Notes: a model not told the origin generated them from the sequence alone. DNA of 64,000 bases from Bdellovibrionales bacterium (GCA_050246815.1 JBFWVI010000003.1:43267-107266); one strand, 5' to 3'; positions 12,601 to 23,563 are shown, numbered from the stretch's first letter. Numbers and translations: made by a program.

Positions 12601-13584
12601 TCAATCTCCCTTTGTTTCGATGCGGATCTTGCTGATGAGCTCTTGATCCTTGAGCACGCGGGCTTTGCGAAGCTCGCCCTCCAACCAAGCGGTAAACACC
12701 GCCTGGCCACGGTTGGCCAGTAAAATATTTTTGATGCGTCCCTTTACTTGCTCAAAGGGCACTGTCTGGGCAGGTCGTTTCCCGATGACCTCAAAAATGT
12801 GATAGCCGTAGGGCGATTTAAAGATTGGGCTGCGCTGTCCGGGCCGCATGCTGAAGGCGGTGTCAAAACCGTCTAAGACACCCTTTTCAATCCAGCCGAC
12901 TACGCCCTTTGCGCGTTTTCCCTCAGGAGTAATGGAGTGATTTTCTGCAAGATCGGCCAAGGCTTTACCCTTTTTAAGCTGTTCTTCAATCAGTTTGGCG
13001 TCGGCCTCTTTGGCCAGAACAATTTGGCGAAGCTGCACTTGCTCGGGGCGTTCGAAGGTTTCTTTGTTATTTTGATAGTAATTTTTAAGTTCTTCTTCGC
13101 TTGGGGGCGAAACCTTTTGATTCAAACGTTCGGCGACTAATTTTTGTAACAGCGTTCGGCGCAAAGATTCTTTCCAATCTTTAAAGGTAAGCCCCTGTTC
13201 AGCCAAAACCTTTTCAAAAGCATTGTCGTCTGGATAACTCGAACGAATGCGCGAGATTTCTTTTTCCAAATCTTCCGCGCGGACGAAGATATCATTACCC
13301 TTTGCCCAGTTTTCGCTCAAAACCGAGATGATGAAATCGCGGATCAAATCATCTTTGGTGCGCTGAAGAACTCCAGGATCTTTGGCCGTCAGGGCGTCGA
13401 GATGTCGTAATTTCAAAGCCAATTGATCGGCAAACACCGAGGCCGTCAGCTCACGACCGTCCACGTTCAATACAGCGCGATTGGCAAGGGGGTCCTTTTT
13501 GGTGCAGGCGGCAAGGCCTAAAACGACACAGGCTGCACTAAGCAGCCTGCCAAGGTCGTTTCGACTGAAAGTCCCAAGAATCAT
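12601..13584 (-). CDS. Parvulin-type peptidyl-prolyl isomerase lipoprotein (PrsA-like)
   Basis: Lipobox LAAC; rotamase motifs LAENHS...SPYGYHIF. Confidence 0.9.
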   Translation of the reverse strand: MILGTFSRNDLGRLLSAACVVLGLAACTKKDPLANRAVLNVDGRELTASVFADQLALKLRHLDALTAKDPGVLQRTKDDLIRDFIISVLSENWAKGNDIFVRAEDLEKEISRIRSSYPDDNAFEKVLAEQGLTFKDWKESLRRTLLQKLVAERLNQKVSPPSEEELKNYYQNNKETFERPEQVQLRQIVLAKEADAKLIEEQLKKGKALADLAENHSITPEGKRAKGVVGWIEKGVLDGFDTAFSMRPGQRSPIFKSPYGYHIFEVIGKRPAQTVPFEQVKGRIKNILLANRGQAVFTAWLEGELRKARVLKDQELISKIRIETKGD

Positions 13585-14423
13585 TCGGACTTAATTCCTT
13601 TTAGTGCGTCTTTGTTGACGCTGATTTTATATTTGCCTTTCAAATTCTTAAAATATGCATCAAATAGCTCTTTTCGCTTTTGGTCGAACACAGCCGTGCG
13701 GATGGGGCGCTTGTCCGTCACTTCGTCATATGAGCGTCGCCCTGTCAGCTTGACGATGTGGTACCCATAGCGTGTTTCAACCAGGCCCTTGATTTCGCCG
13801 ACCTTCATGGAGGCTGCGGCATCATAATAGCTCGGCACTAAGGTGATGCGATTTTGGTAATCGATATCACCGCCACGGTCTTTGCTGATCACATCGTCGG
13901 TGTAAAGTTTGGCCAATTCAGCAAAATCGCGTTTACTGCTGCGCACTTCTTTCAAGATTTTTTCAGCACGGTCACGAACGGTCGCTTTGTCTTGGGCCGA
14001 AGCGTTTTGGCGGAACTCGAACAAAATATGTGAGGTACGGAGTTCAGGGTTTTTTTCGTAGTACTTCTTCATTTCCGCTTCGTTCACACGAATGGCGTTG
14101 ACCTTCTCGCCCAAAGCCTTCTCAACCAACGCTTTGTACAGTTCTTGACGAAAGCGCTCTTTCACCAAGGGGTCTTCTTGCATTTTTTGCTTTTCAGCTT
14201 CTTGCACACCCACCTCATAACGGACCAAGTCTTCTAAAAACAACTCAGCTGGCGGCGGGTTAATTGCGTTTTTCTTAACTTCTTCGTAACGCTTTTTGAA
14301 TTCATCCAAAGAGATGGTTTTATTGCCAACAGTGGCGACGGTTTGAGCCGTGGCAAGGGCGCTGTTGAACAGGCTAAAAACCAATCCTGAGACCACAAAC
14401 AAGTGCTTGAAATTCATATGCAA
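13581..14423 (-). CDS. Parvulin-type peptidyl-prolyl isomerase, exported
   Basis: Signal peptide; SHIL, FAELAK, GGDI, ETRYGYHIVK. Confidence 0.92.
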   Translation of the reverse strand: MHMNFKHLFVVSGLVFSLFNSALATAQTVATVGNKTISLDEFKKRYEEVKKNAINPPPAELFLEDLVRYEVGVQEAEKQKMQEDPLVKERFRQELYKALVEKALGEKVNAIRVNEAEMKKYYEKNPELRTSHILFEFRQNASAQDKATVRDRAEKILKEVRSSKRDFAELAKLYTDDVISKDRGGDIDYQNRITLVPSYYDAAASMKVGEIKGLVETRYGYHIVKLTGRRSYDEVTDKRPIRTAVFDQKRKELFDAYFKNLKGKYKISVNKDALKGIKSE

Positions 14424-14477
14424 AACCTCTTCGCTGCGGAATGTCTACAATGCCCCTAAAGGCTACCGCTGCCCGAA

Positions 14478-15125
14478 TCAGTCTGCAATGAGTTTGGCGG
14501 CCTGATGATGGGCGTCAGAAAGGGCCCGTTCAAGGCGCTGGGCAAGGACTTGAGCCCGAATATCATCCTCAGCGGTTAGAGCCGGCCAGGGAGTGCCAAA
14601 CGTGACCACCACACGGGCAAAGGGTTTAGGTAGTTTTGCTTTGTTCCAAGATTTTTGAAAAATAAAAGCTGAAGAGGATGCCACGCCCACGGGCACCACA
14701 CGCGCCTTTGCCAAACGCGAAAGTTCAAACACACCGGGCTTAACCTTGTGTAATGGTCCTTTGGGACCATCCACAGCCATTGAGGCGTTAAAATTTTGTC
14801 GGAGCAAACGAATGAGTCCCTTTAACGCAGAGACGCCGCCACGGGTGGAAGATCCTCGTGAAGTCGCCCCACCCAGGCGTTGAATCACATGGTCAATCAA
14901 GCTGCCATCCGAAGAGGTGGAGGTCATTGTGGCGATACGGTAGGTCGGCACCAGGTGGGTGATGGCAAGTTCATCGCCGTGCCAGTGCGCAAAAATAAGT
15001 GGCCCCTCGGCGTTTCGCATGCCCGCGGGCTCCACCAGCCGAACTCGCCAGCTGGCCGTCCAAAGACGGTAAAACCAGTAGACCAATCCGGGCAAAACAC
15101 GCCGCTTTAAAAAGGCTTTCATCAC
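14478..15125 (-). CDS. DUF374 / lysophospholipid acyltransferase-family protein
   Basis: WHG, SSDG, RGSSTRGG, DGPKGP motifs. Confidence 0.9.
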   Translation of the reverse strand: MMKAFLKRRVLPGLVYWFYRLWTASWRVRLVEPAGMRNAEGPLIFAHWHGDELAITHLVPTYRIATMTSTSSDGSLIDHVIQRLGGATSRGSSTRGGVSALKGLIRLLRQNFNASMAVDGPKGPLHKVKPGVFELSRLAKARVVPVGVASSSAFIFQKSWNKAKLPKPFARVVVTFGTPWPALTAEDDIRAQVLAQRLERALSDAHHQAAKLIAD

Positions 15126-16087
15126 TTCAAGGCGCTGCGAAACGCTTCCGTTAACTTGGGCACCACTTCAAACAGATCACCTGCAATGCCATAAGTAGAC
15201 TTCTGGAAGATCGGGGCGTCGGGATCTTTGTTGATGGCAACAATGACTTTGCTGCCACTCATGCCCGCCAAGTGTTGAATGGCGCCAGAGATACCGCAGG
15301 CGATATAAAGCGAGGGGGCAACGGTTTTTCCGGTTTGTCCAACTTGCATCGAGTGCGGCACCCAACCCGCATCGGCCACTGCGCGTGATGCACCCACCGT
15401 GCCGTGTATGGTGGCGGCAAGATCTTCAAGAAGTTTGAAATGCTCGGGGCCTTTCATGCCACGCCCACCGGACACAATGGTGTTTGCTTCAGTCAGGTCG
15501 ATTTTTCCGGCAGCGCCCTTTGCCACGCTTTGAACAGTGGTTTTCACGTCACTGGGCGGAAGTGTGAAATCTTTGACAGAAGCAGCGGCCGCTGTGTTTG
15601 CGGCGCTGACCGGCAGTTGATTGGGGCGCATCAAAACAATTTTGACCGGCGAGTTGTGAAATTCAACTTCCGCCGTGCACTTGCCAGCAAACAGGGGGCG
15701 GCGGGCTTTAACACCTGAACCATTGAGTTCAAGAGTGACGCAATCGCTGGCAACGCCAGTGTCAAGGCGGGCGCCCACACGCGGAAATAGGTCTCGCGCT
15801 AACATAGACGAAGACGCCAGCACCACGTCTGCCCCACTGTCTTTGATCGCGGCGCTGGCCGCGGCGGTGTAAAGTTCGGGGTTGTAGTTGGCCAATTTGT
15901 CATCGCCACACACCCAAAGGGTTTGTGCACCAAAATGACTCACACTTGCGGCCTTGGACTTGCCATCCGGGCCTAAAATAAGAGCGTGTACCTCTCGGCC
16001 CGAGGCCTTTGCGGCGGTCAACAGTTCAATGCTACCCTTTTTCAAACCACCGTCACCGAATTCGCAGAAAACCAGAACTTTTGCCAT
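15122..16087 (-). CDS. etfA: Electron transfer flavoprotein alpha subunit
   Basis: VSGGRG, GASRA, QVGQTGK, GISGAIQH, AINKD. Confidence 0.97.
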   Translation of the reverse strand: MAKVLVFCEFGDGGLKKGSIELLTAAKASGREVHALILGPDGKSKAASVSHFGAQTLWVCGDDKLANYNPELYTAAASAAIKDSGADVVLASSSMLARDLFPRVGARLDTGVASDCVTLELNGSGVKARRPLFAGKCTAEVEFHNSPVKIVLMRPNQLPVSAANTAAAASVKDFTLPPSDVKTTVQSVAKGAAGKIDLTEANTIVSGGRGMKGPEHFKLLEDLAATIHGTVGASRAVADAGWVPHSMQVGQTGKTVAPSLYIACGISGAIQHLAGMSGSKVIVAINKDPDAPIFQKSTYGIAGDLFEVVPKLTEAFRSALK

Positions 16088-16103
16088 TTTAAGAGCTCCT
16101 CAA

Positions 16104-16883
16104 TTACAAAACTTTAGCTTCGTGGAGTAACAGGTTGACCAACTCTTTGGCCTGAGCCGCGGGATCGCCACTGATCATCTTAACCGGCGGTTTTTCAGGG
16201 GGCAGCTGAAAGTTCACATGTTTTACTTTCAAGGATGTGGCAGCGACGCCCAAATCCGCAGGCGCAAGTTCTTTGATTGGCTTTTTCTTCGCCTTCATAA
16301 TGCCAGGAAGGCTGGCATAGCGAGGGGTATTCAGCCCTTTGTTGGCCGCAATCAGGGCGGGCCCTGCAAGTTTTAAGATTTCGCGAGTGCCACCCTCGAC
16401 TTCGCGTTCGGCGATCAAGGAACCCTCTTGAACCTCTAGCTTTCCGACCACGGTGGTGTGTGGCAGGCCCAAAAACTCGGCCACAAACTGACTGACGCTA
16501 GAAGCATTGTCGTCAATGGCCAGCTTGCCGGTCAAAACCAGGTCGCAGGCGCCTTCTTTTTTGATCGCCGCAGCCATCAACTTGGCGGCGGTGAAGCCAT
16601 CCACATCATAGGGCGAATCAATGGCCAGTCCGTCATCAGCGCCCATCGCCAGTGCAGTTCGAATGGCATCGCTGACTCGGGTCTTGGGTCCGACCGAAAC
16701 AACAGTCACCTGTGGGGTACCACCGCGGGCCTCTTTAATTTTAATGGCCTCTTCGACCGCATACTCGTCATAGGGATTCATGATCCATTTGATGCCGGTC
16801 TCATCGATGCCTGAGCTGTCGCTCTTGAGTTTGATTTTAGTTTCGGTGTCGGGCACCTGCTTGATGCAGACGAAAATACGCAT
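16104..16883 (-). CDS. etfB: Electron transfer flavoprotein beta subunit
   Basis: CIKQVPDT, NPYDEYAVEEA, ALAMGAD, PRYASL. Confidence 0.97.
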   Translation of the reverse strand: MRIFVCIKQVPDTETKIKLKSDSSGIDETGIKWIMNPYDEYAVEEAIKIKEARGGTPQVTVVSVGPKTRVSDAIRTALAMGADDGLAIDSPYDVDGFTAAKLMAAAIKKEGACDLVLTGKLAIDDNASSVSQFVAEFLGLPHTTVVGKLEVQEGSLIAEREVEGGTREILKLAGPALIAANKGLNTPRYASLPGIMKAKKKPIKELAPADLGVAATSLKVKHVNFQLPPEKPPVKMISGDPAAQAKELVNLLLHEAKVL

Positions 16884-17064
16884 GGCTTAAGCTCCTGTAG
16901 AGGAGATCTATATAAATGGCGCAAATCATGAAAGGCAAAATAATTGACCCCTTACGATCCGCGTTAAGAGACCCAGAGGGGAGACTTTTTTTGTGTTCCT
17001 GGACCGCGATCTAAAGCTATTGTAGGGATTGTTGAAAATCAGCTGATCTTGAAGGACTCCCGCT

Positions 17065-17739
17065 ATGACTCAGAAATCGGGTTTTTTGCAATCCACTATC
17101 GGGCGCAAACAATTGGTTGCCCTGACGGGTTTGGGCATCAGTTTGTTCGTCTTGGGCCACATGGCCGGCAACCTGCTAATGTTTGTCTCGCCCCAGGCCT
17201 ATAACGAATATGGGCACGCAATTATTAGCAATAAACTTATTTATGCGATTGAGTTGGGCCTGGCTGCCGCCTTTTTGGGGCATGCCTTTGTTGCACTTCG
17301 CCTGCAGTTTTTAAATCGGGGCGCGCGCCCACAACGATATGCGATGACGCCCAACGGGGAAAAAAAACCGGCGGCGGCCAGCCAAACCATGGCCATTCAG
17401 GGCACGATACTTTTGGTTTTTATTATTTTGCACTTACGTACGTTCAAATATGGGCCTTACTACGAGGTCGACTATGGCCAAGGTCCTATCCGCGATTTGT
17501 TTCGCCTGATGGCCGAGGTTTTTCAGGGACCGGGTTACGTGGCCTGGTATGTGGTGGCCATGATCGTTTTGGGCCTGCATTTGAGCCACGGTATTCGTTC
17601 TTTGCTCCAAACCGTGGGTGTGCACCACCCGCAACATCAGGGCAAAATTAAATGTTTGGCCTATGGTTATGCCTTACTGGTCTCTATAGGCTTTATCTCG
17701 CAACCGATTTTCATGCTCTTCTTTTACAAGGGCAGTTGA
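17065..17739 (+). CDS. sdhC: Succinate dehydrogenase/fumarate reductase cytochrome b subunit
   Basis: Five TM helices with conserved His (HMAGN, GH, LHL, HLSHG); precedes sdhA. Confidence 0.93.
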   Translation: MTQKSGFLQSTIGRKQLVALTGLGISLFVLGHMAGNLLMFVSPQAYNEYGHAIISNKLIYAIELGLAAAFLGHAFVALRLQFLNRGARPQRYAMTPNGEKKPAAASQTMAIQGTILLVFIILHLRTFKYGPYYEVDYGQGPIRDLFRLMAEVFQGPGYVAWYVVAMIVLGLHLSHGIRSLLQTVGVHHPQHQGKIKCLAYGYALLVSIGFISQPIFMLFFYKGS

Positions 17740-17748
17740 GGCACGCGT

Positions 17749-19668
17749 ATGAAATTGGAATCCAACGTACCCGGCGGCGCGATTCAGGAAAAGTGGGACA
17801 AACATCGCTTTGAAATGAAGCTGGTCAATCCGGCTAACAAACGTAAATTCACGGTGATTGTGGTGGGCACGGGACTTGCGGGGGCGTCGGCATCGGCGAC
17901 CCTGGCCGAGCTTGGCTACAAGGTGAAAACCTTCTGCATTCACGATTCTCCCCGTCGTGCACATTCGATCGCCGCGCAAGGGGGCATCAATGCAGCGAAA
18001 AACTATCCCAACGACGGCGATTCGATTTGGCGTTTGTTTTACGACACCGTGAAAGGTGGCGACTTCCGCGCTCGTGAAGCCAACGTGTATCGTTTGGCGC
18101 AAATTTCGAACCACATCATTGATCACTGCGTGGCTGTGGGCGTGCCATTTGCTCGCGAATACGGCGGGTTGCTGGACAATCGCTCGTTTGGCGGGGCGCA
18201 GGTTTCACGCACCTTTTATGCCCGCGGGCAAACCGGGCAACAGCTGCTGCTTGGTGCGTACCAGGTGATGATGCGACAAGTGGGCAAGGGCAATGTTTCC
18301 CTTTACTCACGTCGCGAAATGCTGGATTTGGTCACGGTGGACGGAAAAGCCCGCGGCATCACTGTACGCAATTTGGTCACAGGTGAAGTCGAATCGCATG
18401 CGGCTGACGCGGTGTTGTTGGCCACAGGTGGTTACGGCAACGTTTATTTTCTATCGACCAATGCGAAGAACTCCAATGTGACAGCCGCCTGGCGCTGCCA
18501 TAAAAAAGGTGCGGCCTTTGGCAACCCGTGCTTCACACAAATTCACCCGACCTGCATTCCCCGCTCGGGGGATTATCAGTCCAAGCTGACCCTGATGTCG
18601 GAATCACTTCGAAACGACGGCCGGGTCTGGGTGCCCAAACAAAAAGACGACAAACGTCATCCCAAAGACATCCCCGACACGGATCGCGATTATTATTTGG
18701 AACGGATCTACCCCAGCTTCGGCAATTTGGCGCCACGGGATATTTCTTCACGCCAGGCTAAATTTCGTGTCGATGAAGGGCGCGGTGTTGGGCGCACGGG
18801 TGAGGCGGTGTATCTGGATTTCCGTGATGCCATCAACCGTTTGGGCGCCCCTGCGGTTTCAGAAAAATATGGCAACTTGTTTCAAATGTACGAAAAAATC
18901 ACCGGTGAAAATCCATACGAGCAGCCGATGCGAATTTACCCAGCGGTTCATTACACTATGGGCGGGCTATGGGTGGACTACAACCTGATGAGCACGGTTC
19001 CCGGGCTTCATGTTTTAGGGGAAGCCAACTTTTCAGATCACGGCGCAAATCGCTTGGGTGCCAGCGCGCTTATGCAGGGGCTGGCGGACGGTTATTTTGT
19101 GATCCCCTATACGCTTGGAAATTATTTAGCGGCGAACACCCTGGGCAAAGTCGACACCAGTCACCCGGCCTTTGCAGAAAGCCGCAATACGGTTACTGAA
19201 CGCCTGAACAAGTTTTTCAGTATCAAGGGCAAACAAACGGTGGATGAAATCCACCGTCGTTTGGGACAAACCATGTGGGGCCATGTGGGCATGTCAAGAA
19301 ACGCGGCAGGCTTGAAAAAAGCGGTTGAAGAAATTCGTTCGCTACGCGCGGAATTTTGGAATGATGTGCGTTTGTCGGGCCAAGCCAATTTCAAGAATGA
19401 AGAGCTAGAAAAAGCGGGGCGCTTGGCGGACTTTTTGGAGCTTGGTGAGCTGATGGCCACCGATGCACTGACCCGCGAAGAGTCTTGCGGTGGCCACTTC
19501 CGCGAAGAGCACCAAACACCAGACAACGAGGCGCTTCGTCACGACGACAAGTTCTGTCATGTGTCCGCCTGGGAATACAGCGGCAGTGGGACGCAGCCGC
19601 AATGGACCATGCACAAGGAAGATCTGACATTTGAAAACGTGAAACTGAGCCAGCGCAGTTACAAATAA
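17749..19668 (+). CDS. sdhA: Succinate dehydrogenase/fumarate reductase flavoprotein subunit
   Basis: [37 protein letters not shown]. Confidence 0.97.
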   Translation: MKLESNVPGGAIQEKWDKHRFEMKLVNPANKRKFTVIVVGTGLAGASASATLAELGYKVKTFCIHDSPRRAHSIAAQGGINAAKNYPNDGDSIWRLFYDTVKGGDFRAREANVYRLAQISNHIIDHCVAVGVPFAREYGGLLDNRSFGGAQVSRTFYARGQTGQQLLLGAYQVMMRQVGKGNVSLYSRREMLDLVTVDGKARGITVRNLVTGEVESHAADAVLLATGGYGNVYFLSTNAKNSNVTAAWRCHKKGAAFGNPCFTQIHPTCIPRSGDYQSKLTLMSESLRNDGRVWVPKQKDDKRHPKDIPDTDRDYYLERIYPSFGNLAPRDISSRQAKFRVDEGRGVGRTGEAVYLDFRDAINRLGAPAVSEKYGNLFQMYEKITGENPYEQPMRIYPAVHYTMGGLWVDYNLMSTVPGLHVLGEANFSDHGANRLGASALMQGLADGYFVIPYTLGNYLAANTLGKVDTSHPAFAESRNTVTERLNKFFSIKGKQTVDEIHRRLGQTMWGHVGMSRNAAGLKKAVEEIRSLRAEFWNDVRLSGQANFKNEELEKAGRLADFLELGELMATDALTREESCGGHFREEHQTPDNEALRHDDKFCHVSAWEYSGSGTQPQWTMHKEDLTFENVKLSQRSYK

Positions 19669-19677
19669 GGAAGCACT

Positions 19678-20466
19678 ATGAGTGATGCTCATTTGAATTT
19701 AAAGCTGAAGATCTGGAAGCAAAATGGCCCCCAAGACCAGGGTCGATTTTTGGAGTATGAAGCAAGCGGAATTTCACCCCATATGTCGTTCTTGGAAATG
19801 ATGGACGTGGTGAATGCCGATCTGATCCATAAAGGGCAAGATCCTGTGGAATTTGATCACGATTGTCGCGAAGGCATATGCGGTTCATGCTCGATGGTGA
19901 TCAACGGCAATCCACATGGGCCTGACCGTGCCACCACCACCTGCCAGCTGCATATGCGCCGCTTTAAAAATGGCGACACGATTGTGATCGAACCGTTTCG
20001 CGCCAAAGCTTTTCCGGTGATTAAGGATTTGGTCGTGGATCGCTCGGCTTTTGACCGCATCATCCAAGTGGGCGGTTTTATTTCGGCCAACACCGGCAAC
20101 GCCCAAGATGCCAACGCATTGCCGATCTCGAAGGAAAATGCCGACATGGCTTTTGCCGCCGCCACGTGTATTGGCTGTGGCGCCTGTGTGGCCTCCTGCA
20201 AAAATGCTTCGGCCAGTTTATTTGTGGCGGCGAAAATTTCGCATCTTGGCTTGTTGCCGCAAGGTCAGCCCGAACGTGACCGCCGCGCCTTGGCCATGGT
20301 GGCACAAATGGACGCCGAGGGTTTTGGCGCCTGTACCAATACGAATGCCTGTTCAGCGGCCTGCCCGAAAGAAATTAGCCTTGAAACAATCGCCCGTATG
20401 AACCGGGATTATGTCGGGGCCTCATTCACTAAGCGCCCCGAAACAAGCGGCGGCGGAGCAGGCTAG
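19678..20466 (+). CDS. sdhB: Succinate dehydrogenase/fumarate reductase Fe-S subunit
   Basis: [16 protein letters not shown]...C, CTNTNAC...CP cluster motifs. Confidence 0.97.
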   Translation: MSDAHLNLKLKIWKQNGPQDQGRFLEYEASGISPHMSFLEMMDVVNADLIHKGQDPVEFDHDCREGICGSCSMVINGNPHGPDRATTTCQLHMRRFKNGDTIVIEPFRAKAFPVIKDLVVDRSAFDRIIQVGGFISANTGNAQDANALPISKENADMAFAAATCIGCGACVASCKNASASLFVAAKISHLGLLPQGQPERDRRALAMVAQMDAEGFGACTNTNACSAACPKEISLETIARMNRDYVGASFTKRPETSGGGAG

Positions 20467-20507
20467 ATCTAGGGCCAGGTCCAGTTTCAACCCCAATAGC
20501 TAGAGAG

Positions 20508-20538
20508 TTATGCACCCTCACCCACAGACTTATCCACA
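20508..20538 (+). promoter_or_regulatory. DnaA box cluster
   Basis: Perfect TTATCCACA at 20530-20538; co-oriented two-mismatch boxes TTATGCACC (20508) and TCACCCACA (20518). Confidence 0.6.
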
Positions 20539-20705
20539 ATTTGCTGGATTTAGGGGCATTTTACTGGTCCTTGGTCTAGACATTTTGCAGCAATTTAACC
20601 AAGAAATGTCGCAGCAAGAGTCTAGCTCGTAGGACATCGCGAACGCATCTAAGATCCACTTCACTGATCACAGCCAAAGGCCGAAATAATAAAACGAGGT
20701 GCACC

Positions 20706-20948
20706 ATGCGGCGCATTGGCGATCTTATGACTGATTTAGGTTTCAACAAGGATTCAGACGAAGACACTCAAAAAGCATTTATTCGCCACTTGGTTAGGGC
20801 GGCCAATGTTTCTCAGTTTCAAAGAAAAACCAACAAGAACTCAAACGAACCGACACAACTGAGTTTCGATTTTGAAAAAGCAGAAGGCGCGTCGCCAGAA
20901 GACCACCTGCCTCCCACGACCAAAGTCGGGAACAAGCAAGTCGGCTGA
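20706..20948 (+). CDS. Small hypothetical protein with QLSFDF motif
   Basis: GAGG RBS upstream of ATG; amphipathic N-terminal half, disordered C-terminal half. Confidence 0.7.
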   Translation: MRRIGDLMTDLGFNKDSDEDTQKAFIRHLVRAANVSQFQRKTNKNSNEPTQLSFDFEKAEGASPEDHLPPTTKVGNKQVG

Positions 20949-21116
20949 CACCTGTAAACAAAAAATAAAGATTTATTGTTTTTTTGTTAGCAAATAAAAA
21001 TCCCCTTGGTACCATTTTGGAACTGAAACGGGTGACTGGCCGAAGGACTCGGCGCGAAACCACGGATGGGAAGAGTTCGCCCGCAACATACTCAATGGAT
21101 GGGTATAGGGGGATAA

Positions 21117-22766
21117 ATGATTCACGGAAGAATTATGAAGGCCATATCTTTGGGCCTTCTTTTGGTCGCCTCTGCGGCTGAAGCAAAAAAGTTTGACGCT
21201 GTTCCCGGCGAATACGTCGTCAAATTGAAAAACGGTTTCGCCGCAATGTCTGTCAACACGCTGGAACAATCACTTGGGGCTGAAGTAGTTGAGCACCTGT
21301 CGGTTGAATCGCAAGCGGTTTTGGTTCGAAAGAGCCAAATCGAAAAAAGCGAATTCGCCATTCAGTCGCTCAAACAAAACCCCATGGTTGAATACGCCGA
21401 GCCGAACTTTATATATAAAGTCATCGGAGGCTCAACCAGTCTGCCCAACGATCAATCCCTGGAAAGACTTTGGGGCATGATCAACACGGGGCAAACAAGC
21501 ACCGGCGACATGGGTAACATCGTCGGTCGCGCAGGCATTGACATCGATGCCAAGCGTGCCTGGCAAATCGAAACGGGCAGCAATAATGTTTTGGTCGCGA
21601 GCATTGACACTGGTGTCGACTACACTATTCCGGATTTGGCTCCGAATATGTGGGTGAACGCCGCAGAGAAAAACGGTCAAGCCGGTGTTGACGACGACAA
21701 TAATGGCGTTGTGGATGATGTCTACGGCTACAATGCGATCACGGACAGTGGCGATCCCAAAGACGACCATGGTCATGGTTCGCACACTTCGGGCACGATT
21801 GGCGCTAAAGGCAACAATGGTCTGGGCGTGACAGGTGTGGCTTGGAATGTGTCGTTGATGGGCGTGAAGTTCTTGTCTGCCAGCGGCGGCGGCACTTTGG
21901 CCGATGCAGTAAAAGCCGTGGACTACACCACCAAGATGAAGGTGGATATGACCAATAACTCGTGGGGTGGTGGCGGATACAGCGAAGCGCTGTATGACGC
22001 GATCAAGCGGGCTCGCGACGCGGGTATCTTGTTTGTTGCAGCGGCAGGTAACAGCGGTTCGAACAACGACCTCGATCCCGAGTATCCCGCAAGCTACGAC
22101 CTAGACAACATCATCTCGGTCGCGGCTTTGGACAACGCGGGTTCGATGGCGTACTTCAGCTGCTACGGCCGCACGGCTGTGGATGTCGCGGCTCCTGGAG
22201 TGAATGTGTTGAGCACCACTCCCGGTGGTTTTGACAGTTGGTCGGGAACCTCGATGGCCTCACCGCACGTGGCGGGTGTAGCGGCCTTGTTGAAATCGGC
22301 GAACCCCGAAATGGGCTATGCTGAAATCAAAGAGCGCATCATCAAGACGGCAAGCCCCTTGGGTTCGATGCGCAACAAAGTTGTGGCTGGCGGCATGGTC
22401 AACGCCTATCACGCGTTGATGAACACAGTTCCAGCAGGTGACCCGAACGATCCCTTTAACTGGGATAAAAACGCGGTGAAAGTGTCGACTCCACATCCGT
22501 ACACCGACAAATACAAAGGCGAGTGGACGGTGAGTTCGCCCGGAGCAACGAAGATCGCTCTTTACTTCAGCCGTTTCGATACCGAAATGGGCTATGACAA
22601 AGTGACGATCAAAGATAAAACTGGCAAAGTGGTGGCTGTTTTAAGCGGAGTTCGTGACGATAGCTTCTCACCCGTCATCGACGGAGACACGGCCTACATC
22701 ACATTTGAGGCCGATGATTCGGCAACCCGTTATGGTTTCGACATCGAGGGCGTAGCTTACAAGTAA
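21117..22766 (+). CDS. Secreted S8 subtilase with C-terminal CUB-like domain
   Basis: Signal peptide and prodomain; triad IDTG / HGSH / GTSMASP; FDTEMGYDKV CUB pattern; alternative start at 21135. Confidence 0.95.
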   Translation: MIHGRIMKAISLGLLLVASAAEAKKFDAVPGEYVVKLKNGFAAMSVNTLEQSLGAEVVEHLSVESQAVLVRKSQIEKSEFAIQSLKQNPMVEYAEPNFIYKVIGGSTSLPNDQSLERLWGMINTGQTSTGDMGNIVGRAGIDIDAKRAWQIETGSNNVLVASIDTGVDYTIPDLAPNMWVNAAEKNGQAGVDDDNNGVVDDVYGYNAITDSGDPKDDHGHGSHTSGTIGAKGNNGLGVTGVAWNVSLMGVKFLSASGGGTLADAVKAVDYTTKMKVDMTNNSWGGGGYSEALYDAIKRARDAGILFVAAAGNSGSNNDLDPEYPASYDLDNIISVAALDNAGSMAYFSCYGRTAVDVAAPGVNVLSTTPGGFDSWSGTSMASPHVAGVAALLKSANPEMGYAEIKERIIKTASPLGSMRNKVVAGGMVNAYHALMNTVPAGDPNDPFNWDKNAVKVSTPHPYTDKYKGEWTVSSPGATKIALYFSRFDTEMGYDKVTIKDKTGKVVAVLSGVRDDSFSPVIDGDTAYITFEADDSATRYGFDIEGVAYK

Positions 22767-22790
22767 GTCGTCCTTTAAAATAAGAAGCAA

Positions 22791-22829
22791 AACCCCGCAA
22801 AGCGATTGTTTGCGGGGTTCTTGTTTTTT
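22791..22829 (+). terminator. Intrinsic terminator
   Basis: aaccccgcaaa...tttgcggggtt stem followed by a T-rich tail; between convergent genes. Confidence 0.85.
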
Positions 22830-22938
22830 GAGGGCCCTTAAATTTAATTAAAATCGCAAATGGGCACGGTCGGAATGCTCCAACACGTTGGGAACCCACC
22901 GTGTCCTCAGGCTTCGCTGGGGTGCGCGGCCCCGGTTG

Positions 22939-23496
22939 CTATTTGTTACCTTCTGGGCTGAAGCGGCAGAACACTGTTCCTGCACTGAATGGCCCCTCGG
23001 ACGTCATAGCCGCAGAGACGATTTTTCCTTGGGCGTCGCGGGTCAATTTCACCAGATTATCGAAGGTTTTTTCGCGACCAAATTTTTGAGTGTCCTGAAA
23101 ACGCAATTTGAGATTTTCAGCGCCCGCTTCGCACGTAACCACGTTTTGTGAACTCAATAGAGAGTCAATATTGATCAAGGATGAATTGGCGCCCGTGTAA
23201 ACACGACGAATCTTGGTGCCGGGCTGTACAGAAAAAGCTTCCATGGAAAACGAAAGACGCTCAACGCCAGTCGGGACACCTTCGCGAGTCTCAACAAAGT
23301 GTTCAATGATCAGCTCGCAATCGCGGATAGCGCCGCCCTCGAAATCCGCCACGCCGGCGACAATTTTTTTTGCATTGGCTTGCAGGCCCAGCGAGCTGGC
23401 GACGTTTTGAATACATTGGGCGTTTTCTTGGCCGGCAAGAGCAAAATTGGACGTGAGGCCAAGGACAAGAATAAAAAATAATTTATTGAATGACAT
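22939..23496 (-). CDS. Secreted hypothetical protein
   Basis: Signal peptide ending ALA; AAGGAG RBS; 4 Cys. Confidence 0.85.
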   Translation of the reverse strand: MSFNKLFFILVLGLTSNFALAGQENAQCIQNVASSLGLQANAKKIVAGVADFEGGAIRDCELIIEHFVETREGVPTGVERLSFSMEAFSVQPGTKIRRVYTGANSSLINIDSLLSSQNVVTCEAGAENLKLRFQDTQKFGREKTFDNLVKLTRDAQGKIVSAAMTSEGPFSAGTVFCRFSPEGNK

Positions 23497-23547
23497 AAAA
23501 AATCTCCTTCAAATTTTGAGATGAATGCCTATTTTCAACTGCGAATT

Positions 23548-23563
23548 TGCAAAAGGGACGCCG
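23548..23563 (-). promoter_or_regulatory. sigma54 -24/-12 promoter
   Basis: CGGCGT-ccctt-TTGCA on the minus strand (GG-N10-GC), about 50 bp before the ATG at 23496. Confidence 0.6.
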
